Shown: positions 1 to 12,903 of the stretch, in pieces
Layout of the letters: each line of letters opens with the position of its first letter
Numbering within the stretch: the stretch's first letter is position 1
NCBI RefSeq assembly: GCF_006345805.1
Contig: NC_042997.1
Coordinates: 143,344,001-143,408,000, forward strand
Direction of reading: 5' to 3'
DNA: 64,000 nt
Source: Octopus sinensis
Lineage: Eukaryota
Notes under the pieces: generated by a model
Told to the model about the DNA's origin: nothing
Database searches by the model: none
The model's input: only the letters and a program-made list of their open reading frames with translations
Made by a program: the position numbers and the translations under genes

Positions 1-199
1 TCTATCTTAGGTCTTAACGCCAATGTTGAAGCAAACTGACCAGCCAGAAATAACAGTCATATATTCCTCAAATCACACCCTAACATTTTTTTCAAACAAA
101 TGCGATGATTACGGCCAGACTGCCTTTGACTATAGGTCTACAAAGTTAAAGTTGACCTGAGTGAGCTTAAACAACTTCAACAGCACCACTATTGATTTA

Positions 200-339
200 C
201 TCATCATCATCATCACCATCTTCCTCATCATCATACCATCCTCCTCCTCCTTACCACCATCGTCATCATCCTCATCATCATCATCATCATCATCATCATC
301 GGCATCATCATCGTTATCATCGTCGCTGTCATCATCATT

Positions 340-372
<33 letters not shown>
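200..372 (+). repeat. Imperfect (CAT)n microsatellite
   Basis: Seen directly; explains the poly-S/H/M ORFs. Confidence 0.95.
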
Positions 373-374
<2 letters not shown>

Positions 375-1699
375 TTTACATTCACCATCCATGCTGGCAG
401 GGGTTACATGATTCACCCCACAGTTTAGGTCAGTTGTTGATTTAATAATAATGTATACATTGCAAAATAACAACATGGATCTGTAACAGAAGCTATGTCC
501 GATATACTTGGTACTACAGCAGCATGTTAAGAGTCCAAGCAATATTAATTATTTGGCTATAATGAAATAGCAATGTCTGCAATATATTTGATAAATAAGA
601 GTAAATAATGTTTTATTGACAGTCGATGAACTGAAGACAAATGTGTGTTTCATTGATTGATTGACCGATAAATCCAGTCATGCCAGATATCTATGGAAAG
701 TGTGTCAGGAAAGAAATTTAAGTTTCTTCTCATCTTATAGATTTTAGCAGTTGTTTTAATATCCTGTCGATGTGATGTAATTATTTGGCCTGTGGCTTTT
801 ACATGTGACTGTTAGTCTTATAAACTATTAAAGTTCCTAGTTTCAAGACAGTTATTAGCATGAGTCTTGTGAAACTGATATTCATATCGGTCATCTTAGT
901 AATATAGTTACTTGTCATATTTGATAAAGAATCATCTTCATCACCATCATTACCATCATCGTAATCATTTAATGCCCATGTTCTGTGCTGGCAGGATCCG
1001 ATGAGCTCAAAGACTGCTTCTTGCTCCAATGTCTGCTTTGAAATGGTTTCTGCTACCAGATGTTTTTTCTGATGTCATCCACTTTAATTTGTGTACTGAG
1101 TGCTTTCTTTTTTTGTGTGTCTCCAGCACTAGTGAGACTGTCATACAGTTTACAACACTACAAACCTCAAAGGGACAATTAAATGCAAGGAAATGAAGGG
1201 TAATAGAAGAGTAAAAGTATGAAAGGACCAGAGTAGAACATGTTTGTTGCTGCAGAAAAGCTACATGACTACTTACATTTTAGAAGAGTGGGTGAGAGTG
1301 AATATGAATTAAAATTCTGTTGAGATTGCTTTCGTCTTTCAATCTTTTCAGAAGCAATAAAATAGTCTGATATTGGGATTGATCTCAGTGGTTGTACCTA
1401 CTCCCTGCATTTGAGGCTTCGTGTCTTTGTAAGAAACTAACTCTTATGTTATTTAAAGCACTAGTACAATCACTTTGTGGTCAAGTGTTTGAGTGTTTGA
1501 TGAAGGAGCAGAAGCATAGGATTGCATTGACTATTTAGTCTGTCCTGCTGAGAACATGACAACCTCTCTAGTGCTGGTGTCATGATAAAGTGCACCCAGT
1601 ACATTTTGTGAAGTGAGTAGGGTTAGAAAGGCGGACGTCTAGAGGCGGGCGAAGGCTGATGATGATGATTATGATGCTGATGATGCTGATGATGATGAT

Positions 1700-2290
1700 G
1701 ATGATGATTAATGCTCTGATGCAGTACCAGGCAGAGGTTCTCATGGCTTTTGATCTAAACTGATTGGAAGTGTTACCATGTACATTGTTTTGTATAAAAG
1801 ATGAGCTACAGCAAATATTCTGTTCAATACTGCAGATTTGCTTGTCAGTTGCTTGACTATAATCAGTTGAGCATATCTTATAGTGGCCGACAATATATGA
1901 ATCTCTGATCATGAGCAGAAGCGATGGGAGATCATCATAGCCATGTGTTGAGAGAAATTCTTTGGGGTTTGAATAATACACTTCTGGAAACATGGGTGTT
2001 TTGTTCATCATCCTTAAACAACCCTTATTCAGGGACCTTTTGAGTGAGATGGGCTACTCAACATGAAGAAAATTCTAACTGGGTTCCACCTGCAAGGTCA
2101 TGTGCTGTTTATCTTGATATAAGATCACTATGTCGCGCACATATCGTTGTCGGCATGTGCCTGGTGTACTCTTATCAGACAGGTAGTCATGATGGGTATA
2201 TTGGGCTTCGTATATTTTACTCCAGTGTCACTTTGATGGCATGTGCTGCTCTCTCATTCAATGATAACAACAACAGCAATAATATAATAG
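1700..2290 (+). mobile_element. Retroposon 3' segment with AAC/AAT tail
   Basis: Homologous to the inverted copy at ~19395-19885 (shared aagaaaattctaactggg, tttatcttgatat, cttatcagac); simple-repeat tail. Confidence 0.7.
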
Positions 2291-2291
2291 A

Positions 2292-3850
2292 TGCTGCTAC
2301 ACCAGTCATTGGGTATAACTCCTTCATTATCTACCTGATTTATGATGTAGGTGACAAGACCATAACCCACACTGCCTGATATTTTAAGCATCTCAATGGT
2401 GATTCCTGATGGGCCAGGTGCTTTCCGTGTCTTCATATCCTTAATTGCTTTATCTGTTGATTTGGGTAGCTGGTCCCTCAATTGGGTCAACCTTTGGCAG
2501 ACTCTCCTCCTCCCATTCATTCTCCACATTCAACAGTCTTTCATTATAGCATTTCCAAGACTCTTTCTTTGCAGTATCATTAAATGCAAGTGAACCATCA
2601 TCCATGCAGATATATTTCTCTCCTATGACATCACGGTTTTCTCTCACACACTGTCTTGCAATCTGAAACACTTCAGTTCTTTGGTCCTCACATTGCTGAA
2701 CATTGGCAAACTTCTTCTTTTCTGCTACTCCTATATATACCTGTCTCCTAGCTTCCCTTTTGGTTATCTGATACACTCTCCTGCTACCCCCCACTCTTCC
2801 AGGCCTTCCAAGCCTGTTTCTTTACTCTAATGGCTCTGTCTACAGTATTGTTCCACCACCATGTTACCCTAGCTCTAGAAGGGACTTTGCACCAGCCACA
2901 GATTTGGTCTGTGGCACTTAACGAGCTGTCTCACAGGAATTCCCGGCTGCCTTCTATGTTACAGGACTGTAGCTCCTTCTCCCTATCATCAAATTTCTTG
3001 GTAAGGATATCTCTAAACCTCTGACCATGTGAAGGGTTCTTAAGCCTCCAATCCTTCTTTTCCAGATTGGTCTGCTTTTTGGCATCCTTCTGGCCTCGAG
3101 TCTGACGTCACTAATAACTAATGTATGCAGGTGGGTACATTCTTCATCAGGGAGGGTTTTTGTATTTAAGAGCAACCATGCATCCCACTGTCTGGTGAGG
3201 ATGAAATCAATCTGGCTAGCAGAGTCACCGGATTGATAGGTTACCAGGTGGCTAGCTGGCTTCCTGAAGTTGGTGTTGCAGATCAATAGGTTATTTGCAT
3301 TGCAGAACTCCAGGATCCTAGTTCCCTCTTAATTTCTGGTACCAACTCCATGGCCCCGATGTACACCATGGAAGATACCAGGTTGTTGTCCAACCTGTCC
3401 ATTAAAATCCCCAGCCACAAAGATGAGATCATTGTTATTTGTCTTTGAGGCAGCCTGCAGAAGAATATCATAAAAGTGATCCTTCTGTTCATTTGGTAGG
3501 CCCGCTTATGGGGTATAGTCAGAGATAATTGTAGCTGTACCATTCTGCAAGACTAGCCTGAGTTTAAGTCCTGTATCGCACACCCTCACTACCTTTATGA
3601 CCTTATCCACCCATTTATCTGCAAGAAGTATGCCCACACCACATATTCCATCACTATTACTTTCCCAGAAGAATTTATACCTATGTGCTTTGCCTTTGAG
3701 GACTCTGGCTGAAGCTCCTTTCCACCTTACCTCTTGTACACAACATACATCAACATGTCTCCATTCAAGCATCTATACAATCTTGCTAGACCTACTTTTC
3801 AATGTGCCTAATTTATAGTGCCAACTCTGAAAACTGGGAAAGTGATATGG
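2292..3850 (-). pseudogene. Decayed RTE-clade LINE, 5' half (AP endonuclease to start of RT)
   Basis: Frameshifted ORFs: VDVCCVQEVRWKG..GVGILL (APE), ICNTNFRKPASHLVTYQSG..QIDFIL, KAPGPSGITIEMLK..IPNDWCSS (RT start). Truncated before the RT core. Confidence 0.9.
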
Positions 3851-3959
3851 GAGGTAATACAGGAAGGAGTGATGTTATTCAGCATATGAAAAGAAGGTTC
3901 CCATGATTGTTTGGTAACAGATGTTGTAATAGTTGTACTGGCATCAATGTGTTCATATA

Positions 3960-4390
3960 GAATTAGCATTTCTCAAAATCAAGTGTGGAAAACAACATCC
4001 ATAATGTTGTGTCTGTTTTCATTAATGCATTTCTGAAAGCTTGTCTGATGCATTCCACATTTTCTGGGGTGTGTACCATTCATGGTGCCCCTACCAGTCT
4101 CCTATTCATTAGTGTACCTCATGTACAAAATGCATTCACTCAATGTAAGATTGTGTTATGGGTGGGAGCAGCCTGATTTTGGCGAATGTTGAAGTGATGC
4201 TGAAACTCATACTGAACTGCTGTGACAGGCTTGTTATTCTTCAGGTAGCTGTCATAGGCAAACATATGATGTTCTATCATCCACAGCGCCATGGCTTTAT
4301 CTGAAATGAAAAAAAAAAATGCCAAGACACCACAGACTGAATGATACCTGTTGGACATATGTCCCTCCCACTGGGACTGGGTAATAGCCG
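3960..4390 (-). pseudogene. Tc1/mariner-superfamily transposase N-terminal relic (DUF4817-like HTH)
   Basis: EHHMFAYDSYLKNNKPVTAVQYEFQHHFNIRQNQAAPTHNTIL then NRRLVGAPRMVHTPENV, interrupted by stops. Confidence 0.75.
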
Positions 4391-5809
4391 TTTGAAAAAC
4401 ATCTATACTCTACATATATAATTGTAATGTATTAGAGAATACAGTTACATAGGAGCTCTTTAATTTATTGCTTCTCAATGAATCAATAGAGATTTATATG
4501 TATAAATATATATATATATATATATATATGACAGGTTATTTTTCAGTTTCTTTCTACCAAAGCCACTGAAAATGCTTTGGTAAGCCCAGAGCTATTATAG
4601 AAGACATTTGCTCAAGGTACCATGCAGTAGACCTGAACCTAAAACCTTGTTGTTATGAAGTGATCTTTTCCCCATAGGTATGCCTGTATATATTTCCTAA
4701 TTGCTGAATTCGCTAATGGAGTAGCCAGATTGAGAAGAGTATGTTTGGTTCTGGAATCTGTTCATCATTAATTCCTAAATAAGAGAAGTAAGAATTTAAA
4801 TTTTTATCATCATTTGAAGTTATAAATAATATTTTTAATTTCCTCATTATTGGTTGTCTTATCATGGTAGAAATGTAAATTCAAATATCAGAATAAAAGA
4901 AAAGTTTAAATTGTGGTGAGTTTACTTTCAAAAAGCTAATAGGGGTGGGGAGTTAAATGGAACTTAACTGTTTGGGAATTCCTGATTTAGGTGATGCCTT
5001 GAAGTCATATCAGCTTTGCTTCTCATCACACATATTAAGTACCAGTATAATGTCAAGGTTACACCAATTATCTATATTCTGTTTGCTTTATAAAATAGTC
5101 TCGTGCTTCAGAAAGGAAATGATAATTTCAAGTTTATACGACCAGCCAAGATCTGTATCTTCCACTTATTAGTCAAAGATGTCATTCAACAAGAAATATC
5201 AATTGAAAAACATTTTATTGTGTTTACTAATGTACATTTATCTTACATTTAACAGCCATAATTACATCCAACCACAAATGTTCATTCTAATCCCTGTGTA
5301 CCAATATATGTATATATTTACCAATAAATATACGTTCACTCACAAATTAACATTCAAACATATTTGTTCACTATAGTAGCATAATTATGTTTCTATTTTA
5401 AACAATAAAACACACTGCATTGCAGTATTTGAATTGTTAAGTAAGCTTACCTTGGAGAGCCAAGAAAGGACATTAGCCTGGAGCAAAGCCAATACCATAA
5501 AGACTACTTTCCTTTATTGCTGCCAAGGAATCTCTTAAATATTCCGTATCTATTCTTGGTGTTTACATGATTATTAATTTCAGATTGTAAGTGTCTAAGT
5601 GCCACTTGGTTCTAAGAGTTATACACCCCTCCACCTGATTTGAACAAAATGTGTTATGGAATTATTAAATATATAACCATGACCCTCAGGAATTACTAAT
5701 TTTGCAAGACTTATATTAATTATTGCCTGGAACTCTGAATAGTAATTATAAGAAGATTAATAGCCATTGTACCATGGCATCATTAATATATCATGATCAT
5801 GTGTTAGAT

Positions 5810-6225
5810 GGATTGCTTGAAACTGGTAAGCCAGAGAGCTGTATCAGGCTCTAGTCTGGTTTGGCTTGGTTTCTTCAGCTGAATACCCTTCCTAATGACA
5901 ACCACTCCTAGAATGTAGTGGGTACTTTTATGTGTCACTGGCACAAGTGCCTTTTTCATGTCACCAGCACAAGTGCCTTTTTCATGTCACCAGCACAAGT
6001 GCCTTTTATGTATCACCAGCATTGGCCACAACTATGGTTTCACTTGTCTTGACTTGTCATCTAAAGCACAGCAAATTGCCAAAGGTCTTGATCACTTATT
6101 ATCATCACCTCCATGAGACCCAACAGCCAAAGGTCATATTTCACTGCTTCATCCCATGTTTTTCCCTGGGTCTACCTCTTCCACAGGTTCCCTCCACAGT
6201 TAGAGATTGACACCTTTTTACACAA
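5810..6225 (-). mobile_element. RTE LINE 3' end
   Basis: Reverse complement of the RT tail (GTCGRGRPR) and 3'UTR also seen at 62205-62695. Confidence 0.75.
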
Positions 6226-6385
6226 CTGTCCTCATATGTATGTATATATACATATGATTAGTACAACAATAACGATAACCTAACAGCAAATAAAAGGAAA
6301 TTAAATAATGACACCTTGTGATTTTTTGTTATGAAAGATTAATTTATCATCATTTATTTCAGTTTATTTTTTCCTTTCTTTTCAG

Positions 6386-6441
6386 AATGACCAAAACAAC
6401 TTTTAAAGTGAATGAAACCGGTAGCATACTTTAATAAAAAC
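6386..6441 (+). other. Exon-like segment, closed in all frames (UTR/lncRNA exon?)
   Basis: Acceptor ttttttcctttcttttcag and donor C|gtaagt; 56 nt; stop codons in all three frames. Confidence 0.35.
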
Positions 6442-6753
6442 GTAAGTACTGTCTTTCTTTTATCCATAAGTTCTCAAAGAATTTTCTACTTTTCATTTTT
6501 TAATACTAATGTATTCAAGTAAAACCTCCTAACCTTTTCAATATAATTTATACATACACACACACATGCAGATTATGTGTAATTGTGTGTGTTTGTATGT
6601 ATATACTGTGTGATAAGTTAACTTCCCAATCACATGGTTCTGAATTCAGTCTCACTTCATGGCACAGTGGGCAAGTGTCTTTTACTATAGCCTCAGGCCG
6701 ACCAAAGCCTTATGAGTGGATTTGATGGATGGAAACTGAAAGAAGCCCTTCAT

Positions 6754-6777
6754 ATATATATATATGTATATATATAT

Positions 6778-6860
<83 letters not shown>
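6754..6860. repeat. (TA)n microsatellite
   Basis: Seen directly. Confidence 0.95.
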
Positions 6861-6862
<2 letters not shown>

Positions 6863-7329
6863 TATGTCTGTATGTCTTTCACCAATGATCAAAGTTTTAT
6901 ATGTGTGTCATCATCATCATCATTGTTTAATGTCCACCTTCCATGCTGGCATGGATGGTACGGTTTGACAGGAGCCAACCAGGCAGAACCCTGCACTAGA
7001 CTTCTGTGACTGTAGGAAGTGTTTAACCAATACTTATTTTCAAGTCTGATACTTATTTAATCAGTCTCTTTCACCAAACTGCTAAACAAATAAACGCCAA
7101 TGGTGGGAGACAAACACAAAGAGACACACACACACACACACACACAGAGCTTTTTCTCAGTTTCCATCTACCAGTTCACTCACAAGGTATTGATTGGCCA
7201 GAGGCTATGGTAGTAGACACATGCCCAAAATGCTGCACAGTGGGTCTGAACCCAAAACCATGTGGTCACAAAGCAAGCTTGTTAACCACACAACCATGCC
7301 ATCTTTTATAGATCTTTTGTCTTTTACCC

Positions 7330-7559
7330 TTTAATTGTTTCAGTCATTAGACTGTGGCCATACTGGGGCCCCAATTTGAAGTATTTTTAGTTGAATGAAT
7401 TGACCGCAGTACTTATTTTCTTTTTAAGCCTGATAATTTTTTGTTGTTTGCTGAACTGCTAAGGGACAGGGATGTAAGCACACCAACACCAGTTGTCAAG
7501 CTGTGGTGGGGGACAAACACAGACATAGACAGACAGGCAGACAGACAGACAGACAGACA

Positions 7560-7610
<51 letters not shown>

Positions 7611-7760
7611 ATACGACAGGCTCCTTTCAGTTTCAGCATCCTTTCAGTTTCCACTCACAAGGTTTCAGTTGGCCTGAGGTTATAGCAGAAGACACTTGCC
7701 CAAGGTACTAAGCAGTGGGACTGAACTCGGAGCCATGTGGTTGGGAAAAAGATCTCTTAC
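7330..7760 (-). mobile_element. tRNA-headed SINE family A
   Basis: Reverse copy of the element at 10958-11308, with a central microsatellite. Confidence 0.85.
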
Positions 7761-7908
7761 CAGACTACCATGCTTACACTTTATGTGTGTGTGTGTATGT
7801 GTGTGTATATATATTTATTTAAAATGAGGGTGAAAAATTGAATATTCATTCGATTAATATCAATTTAAAACCAGTGGTCTAGCATATTAAAATCTGAAGG
7901 TTCAGAAA

Positions 7909-7954
<46 letters not shown>

Positions 7955-7955
<1 letters not shown>

Positions 7956-8223
7956 AGAGGGATGACAACAACGTGGACAAACCTTATGCTAGAAGCAGAT
8001 CTGCTATGGTCTTACCACTAAAAAATGTTCTCAAGAAAATTTAGCAAACACCAGAATGTAATCGAGCAAGACAAATGAAAAATAACAAAAATATTATTTT
8101 TCATTTGTCTTGTTTGATTACATTCTGACGTTTGCTGAATTTTCTTCAGAACATTTCTTAGTTGTAAGACCACAGCGAATCTACTTCTAGCATAAGAGTT
8201 GTCCACGTTGTGGTCATTCCTCT

Positions 8224-8224
<1 letters not shown>
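7955..8224. mobile_element. Fold-back (palindromic) element, ~130-bp arms, loop under 10 nt
   Basis: The left arm (aagagggatgacaacaacgtggacaa...gacaaatgaaaaataa) is the reverse complement of the right arm at roughly 85-90% by eye; (TA)n on both sides. Confidence 0.9.
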
Positions 8225-8256
<32 letters not shown>

Positions 8257-8826
8257 TGAGAATTTACAAAAAGAAACAAAAGATGAAGACGGATGTATAA
8301 ACAACAAACAGAGGTATTAGTTTAACGCTAGGGAAGTGAGAAAGTCTTTTATAAATATAATGAGATATTATTTTTGGTTTCCTCATTGTCAAGACTGTTT
8401 CCAAGATTTCTTCATTGAGGTTGTTGATGTTTCCATTTTTCATTAAAATGCCTTCGAATGTCTCAACTAAATCATTTGTCATAAAGTCAACATTGAAACC
8501 CTGGAGTTGTTCATTACTGAGTTTAATTAGTGCAAAGAATGAGTTTTGAGTTCAATCTCATGCTTCTATATCCATTGAACAGTTGGGATGGGGTGATGGG
8601 AAGACCATCTATTTGCAGAAAGATGCCAGCATTGTAGTCAGTGAGGAAGAAAGCTCCTACATAAGGTTCTTGTCTTACTTATGTAGTTGCTACAAGGACC
8701 TATAAAAGGGGGTTTAATCAGTTTTTATTATTAAGTCTGATATTTATTTAATTGGTCTCTTTTGCCAAACCGCTAAGTTACAGGGTTGTGAACAAACTAA
8801 TACTGATTGTCAAGTAGTGCTCACTT

Positions 8827-8866
<40 letters not shown>

Positions 8867-9529
8867 GTGCACACACACACACACATGCACACGTGCACAC
8901 ACACATATATATGCACACACACACCTTTTTTGGTCCACCTTGATGCCTTCTCTAAGAGCGTGATGTAGAACGATATCTTGGGCCATCACTTTCACAACTG
9001 TTGTTTTTCATGCTGCTGGGCTCCTTCAAACCCTTCCAAGGAGCTAACTTGATGGGGTTGTGGGTTTAGCCACTCTTGGCTGACCCAACCATAAAATGGA
9101 TTGCATAGGTGTCTGGTATATAAGATTTATTGTCATGCTTATCTTTAGCTCTAGATCAGCCCTGCTCAAAAACATTCCAATTGTGACCATTTTGTCTTTA
9201 TGGGAGTATCTAGGACTACATTATCTAAAATGCCTTCACTTTTAATTTTAAGATTATAGGTTGTGACATGAAGGAGATTTGGCTGCTATTTCTAGCAGGT
9301 TGCCAGACTATGTAGCAACTCCTTTGTTGGCTGGTTGGCTGGTTGGTATGGTCAACAGATTACAGATATGGAAGAGAGCAATAGACAGACTAGTGAATGT
9401 AGTTGTCCTAGTATATCGTCTGTGAAGGTTTGCCATTGTTAGACACCACTTTGATGTCTGGAATTCTCAGATGTTAAAGAAAGAAATAACACAATTATCT
9501 CGAACATTTATTATTGATTTCATCTTGTG

Positions 9530-9704
9530 TCCACACACAAACATATGCACTTATATACATATAAACACACACACACATACACATATCTATCTATACATAT
9601 ATACATGTATGTATATATATATGTGTATGCATATATATATATATACATACATATATGTGTGTGTGTATGTATACACATACATACATATATGTATATATAC
9701 ATAC

Positions 9705-9736
<32 letters not shown>

Positions 9737-9868
9737 ATATGTACATATATTTATATGTGTGTGTGTGTATGTGTGCACACATGCACACACACTCCTAGAA
9801 GTATACAGATATACACATAAACAAAAACATATACACACACATACATACATGCACACACATATACACAT

Positions 9869-9913
<45 letters not shown>

Positions 9914-9930
9914 ACACACATACATGCACA
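9530..9930. repeat. Compound (CA)/(TA)/(TG) microsatellite
   Basis: Seen directly; source of several spurious ORFs. Confidence 0.95.
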
Positions 9931-10217
9931 CAGTAGTTTTGGCAAGCAAAGCTGCAAAAAGTAATTACCATCTATCACGTGAATAACTAAGGTGACATTT
10001 TTTTTTTGAGTGAAGCTCAGTTTTTTTTTCACACCCTTTACTACATCTACCCCACCCTCATCCCACTACTTGTCTCGCTCAAGAACCTACAATGAGTCTA
10101 CATTTCAATTAGCCTCTGAGTTACTGTACATTCACTCCAGACTGTTGCCATAGAATCTATGTGATGGCCATGAAACCAAAATGGATTTGAATGTAATTTC
10201 ATAAAAAATCACTATTA

Positions 10218-10660
10218 TAGGCGCAGGAGTGGCTGTGTGGTAAGTAGCTTGCTTACCAACCACTTGGTCCCAGGTTGAGTCCCATCTTGGGCTAGTGTCT
10301 CTTACTGTAGCCTTGGGCTGATCAAAGCCTTGTGAGTGAATCTGGTAGACGGAAACTGAAAGAAGTCTGTCGTATATATCATCATCATTGTTTAATGTCC
10401 GATTTCTATGCTAGCATGGGCTGGGCAGTTCGACCGGGGTCTGGGAAGCCAGGAGGCTGCGCCAGGCTCCAGTCTGATCTGGCAGTGTTTCTATGGCTGG
10501 ATGCCCTTCCTAATGCCAACCATTCCATTAGTGTAGTGGGTGCTTTTTACGTGCCACCGGCACAGGGGCCAGAGGTGGGTGGCAAATGGCCACGATCGGT
10601 TGGTGCTTTTTACGTGTCACCGACACAGACGCCTGTCAGGTGGCACTGGCATCTATGTAC

Positions 10661-10724
<64 letters not shown>

Positions 10725-10925
10725 GTATTTGTGTGTCTGTCTATGTCTCCCTACCATCACATGACAACAGATGTTAGTGTGCTTATGTTCCCCGTAACTT
10801 AGCAACTCAACAAAAGAGACCAATAGAGTAAGTACTAGGCTTACAAAGAATAAGTCCTGGGGTCAATTTGTTCAACTAAAGGCGGTGCTCCAGCATGGCC
10901 ACAGTCAAATGACTGAAACAAGTAA
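10218..10925 (+). mobile_element. SINE family A with an RTE 3' tail nested in its central (TA)n
   Basis: SINE 5' half, then catcatcattgtttaatgtcc...RTE UTR (minus orientation, ~10378-10655), then SINE 3' half. Confidence 0.85.
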
Positions 10926-10957
10926 AAGGAAAAAAAATATCTAACTTATCGAATATA

Positions 10958-11308
10958 GGCGTAGGAGTGGCTGTGTGGTAAGTAGCTTGCTTACCAACCA
11001 CATGGTTCCGGGTTCAGTCCCACTGCGTGGCACCTTGGACAAGTGTCTTCTACTATAGCCTCGGGCTGACCAAAGCCTTGTGAGTGGATTTGGTAGACAG
11101 AAACTGAAAGAAGCCCATCGTATATATATATACACACACATATATATGTGTGTGTGTGTGTGTGTGTGTTTGTCCTCCCACCATCACTTGACAACCGCTG
11201 TTGGTGTGTTCACGTCCCCATAACTTAGCGGTTTGGCAAAAAGAGACCAATAGAATAAGGCTGTGCTCCAGTACAGCCGCAGTCAAATGACTGAAACAAG
11301 TAAAAGAA
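10958..11308 (+). mobile_element. tRNA-headed SINE family A, near full-length reference copy
   Basis: Pol III-like head (tggctgtgtggtaag...ggttcagtcc), central TA/TG microsatellite, tail cagtcaaatgactgaaacaagtaaaaga. Roughly 25 or more whole or partial copies in both orientations across the window. Confidence 0.9.
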
Positions 11309-11313
11309 TAACT

Positions 11314-11532
11314 TAGTGGTTCTCAACCAGGGTCCACATGGTTATACTTCTACAATGTTTTAACATTTAAAAAAATATTTTAACATTTTTTTTTAAATAC
11401 AGTTCCTAATTAAATTTTAATCATGAAAATGTAATAAGATTTTTTAAAACATTCAATAACTTTGAGGGTCCAACTGAGTTAAATAGGAATCAAAGGGGTC
11501 CATTGGTAGAAAAAAATGGTTGAGAACCACTG
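11314..11532. mobile_element. hAT (Charlie-type) MITE
   Basis: TIRs tagtggttctcaacc / ggttgagaaccactg. Confidence 0.8.
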
Positions 11533-11549
11533 ATCTAACTGCAAGTGTG

Positions 11550-12010
11550 AAGGCATGTAGCCTAGTGGTTAGTTAGGGTGTTGCACTTATGGTTGTAAAG
11601 ATTGTGGTTTCAATTCCTGGATGATGCATTGTGCTCTTGTGTAAAACACTGCATTTCATGTTGCTTCAGTCCACTTCAGCTGTGAATGAGTCCCAGACAA
11701 TAGCTAGGAAACTAACTTTCTGCAATGGATTGGTGTCTCATTCAGGAGGAAGTGTTGTAATCTCTGTCACTTATATGCCATGGAAACCAAGTTGAGTTGA
11801 GCTTTGGCCCTATAAGTCCCGCAGTTATGATCGTAAAGATTGTGGTTTCAATTCCCAGCCCAGATGGTACATTGTGTTCTTGAGCAAAACACCTCATTTC
11901 ATGTAACCCCAGTCCACTTCAGCTGTAAATGAGTTGCAGTAATAGCTGGGGAAATTAACCTGTTTTGCGAGGAAGCATTGCAACCTCAATCATTTATATA
12001 CCATGGAAAC
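11550..12010 (+). mobile_element. Two tandem degraded tRNA-headed SINEs (family D)
   Basis: Two copies of taagattgtggtttcaattcc...cagtccacttcagctgt(g/a)aatgagt. Confidence 0.6.
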
Positions 12011-12094
12011 CAGGCTGCTAGTACACCATGATTAAGAACAGTGCAGAAAAATATGAAAATGAAAGATAAAGACCAGTGATTTGCAACCATTTCA

Positions 12095-12427
12095 CAGTGG
12101 TTCTCAACCAATCCTTTTATTTAAATAAGTTTTTTCCCCACGGACCCCTTTTAACATGCTTATCCTTATTTATGTATGTATGTATGTATGTATGTATGTA
12201 TGTATATATATATATTTAACACCACGTAAGTTAGGGGTTATGGATCCAACCCACTAAGGGATAATACTTATCCAATATACTGTTAGTATAATACCCAAAT
12301 TATTAATACACAAGTGTTTTTAATTGCAATGCAATTAACTTACTTATTGTATTAAATGGGTGAAAGCTCACAAACCAACTAAATTGTTTCTCCATTTTTC
12401 TTATTTGTATTATTTATATTTTTATAT

Positions 12428-12460
<33 letters not shown>

Positions 12461-12567
12461 TATATATATGTATGTATGTATGTATATATATATGTGTGTA
12501 TGAAATTTCAAATTTAGTTCATGGACTTCCAGTACAACCTTTGCGGACCCCGGATTGGGAACCACTG
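12095..12567. mobile_element. hAT MITE
   Basis: TIRs cagtggttctcaacc / ggattgggaaccactg. Confidence 0.75.
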
Positions 12568-12575
12568 ATATAGAC

Positions 12576-12903
12576 CAATAGTTTTCAACTAGGGTTCATA
12601 TAAGATTTTTAGGGATCCTTACAAGCAAAATAGTAAACTGGGGACTCACAATAGCATATTATATATATCCATTATTAAAGAATTATACCTTAGATGTATC
12701 TATTGCAAGAAACATCCAGATTTCTTTCTTGGATGTTTTATATGGTTCAACCTACACAAGAAAAAATGAGTGAATAACAAAATAGGAATTTTGAAAGAAA
12801 TACCTTTAAAACTAGTTTTTAAACACTGAATTGCTAGGAGGGTCCACCAGAATAGAATAGTAATCAAAGGAGTGTATAGGTAAAACATGGTTGAGAATCA
12901 CTG
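12576..12903. mobile_element. hAT MITE with perfect 8-bp TSD
   Basis: TIRs caatagttttcaac / ggttgagaatcactg; ATATAGAC on both sides (12568-12575, 12904-12911). Confidence 0.85.

Noticed and set aside
4990-5035. C/D snoRNA on the minus strand (GTGATGA followed by CTGA)
   Set aside because: No terminal D box or terminal stem at a suitable distance.
10958-11030. tRNA genes
   Set aside because: tRNA-like A/B-box heads run directly into SINE bodies and lack a complete cloverleaf.
10332-11286. Recurrent ORFs such as 'LLSVSVYQIHSQGFG..' and 'RLDALPNANH..' across the window
   Set aside because: They recur because they are frames of SINE family A and the RTE 3'UTR; they are not genes.
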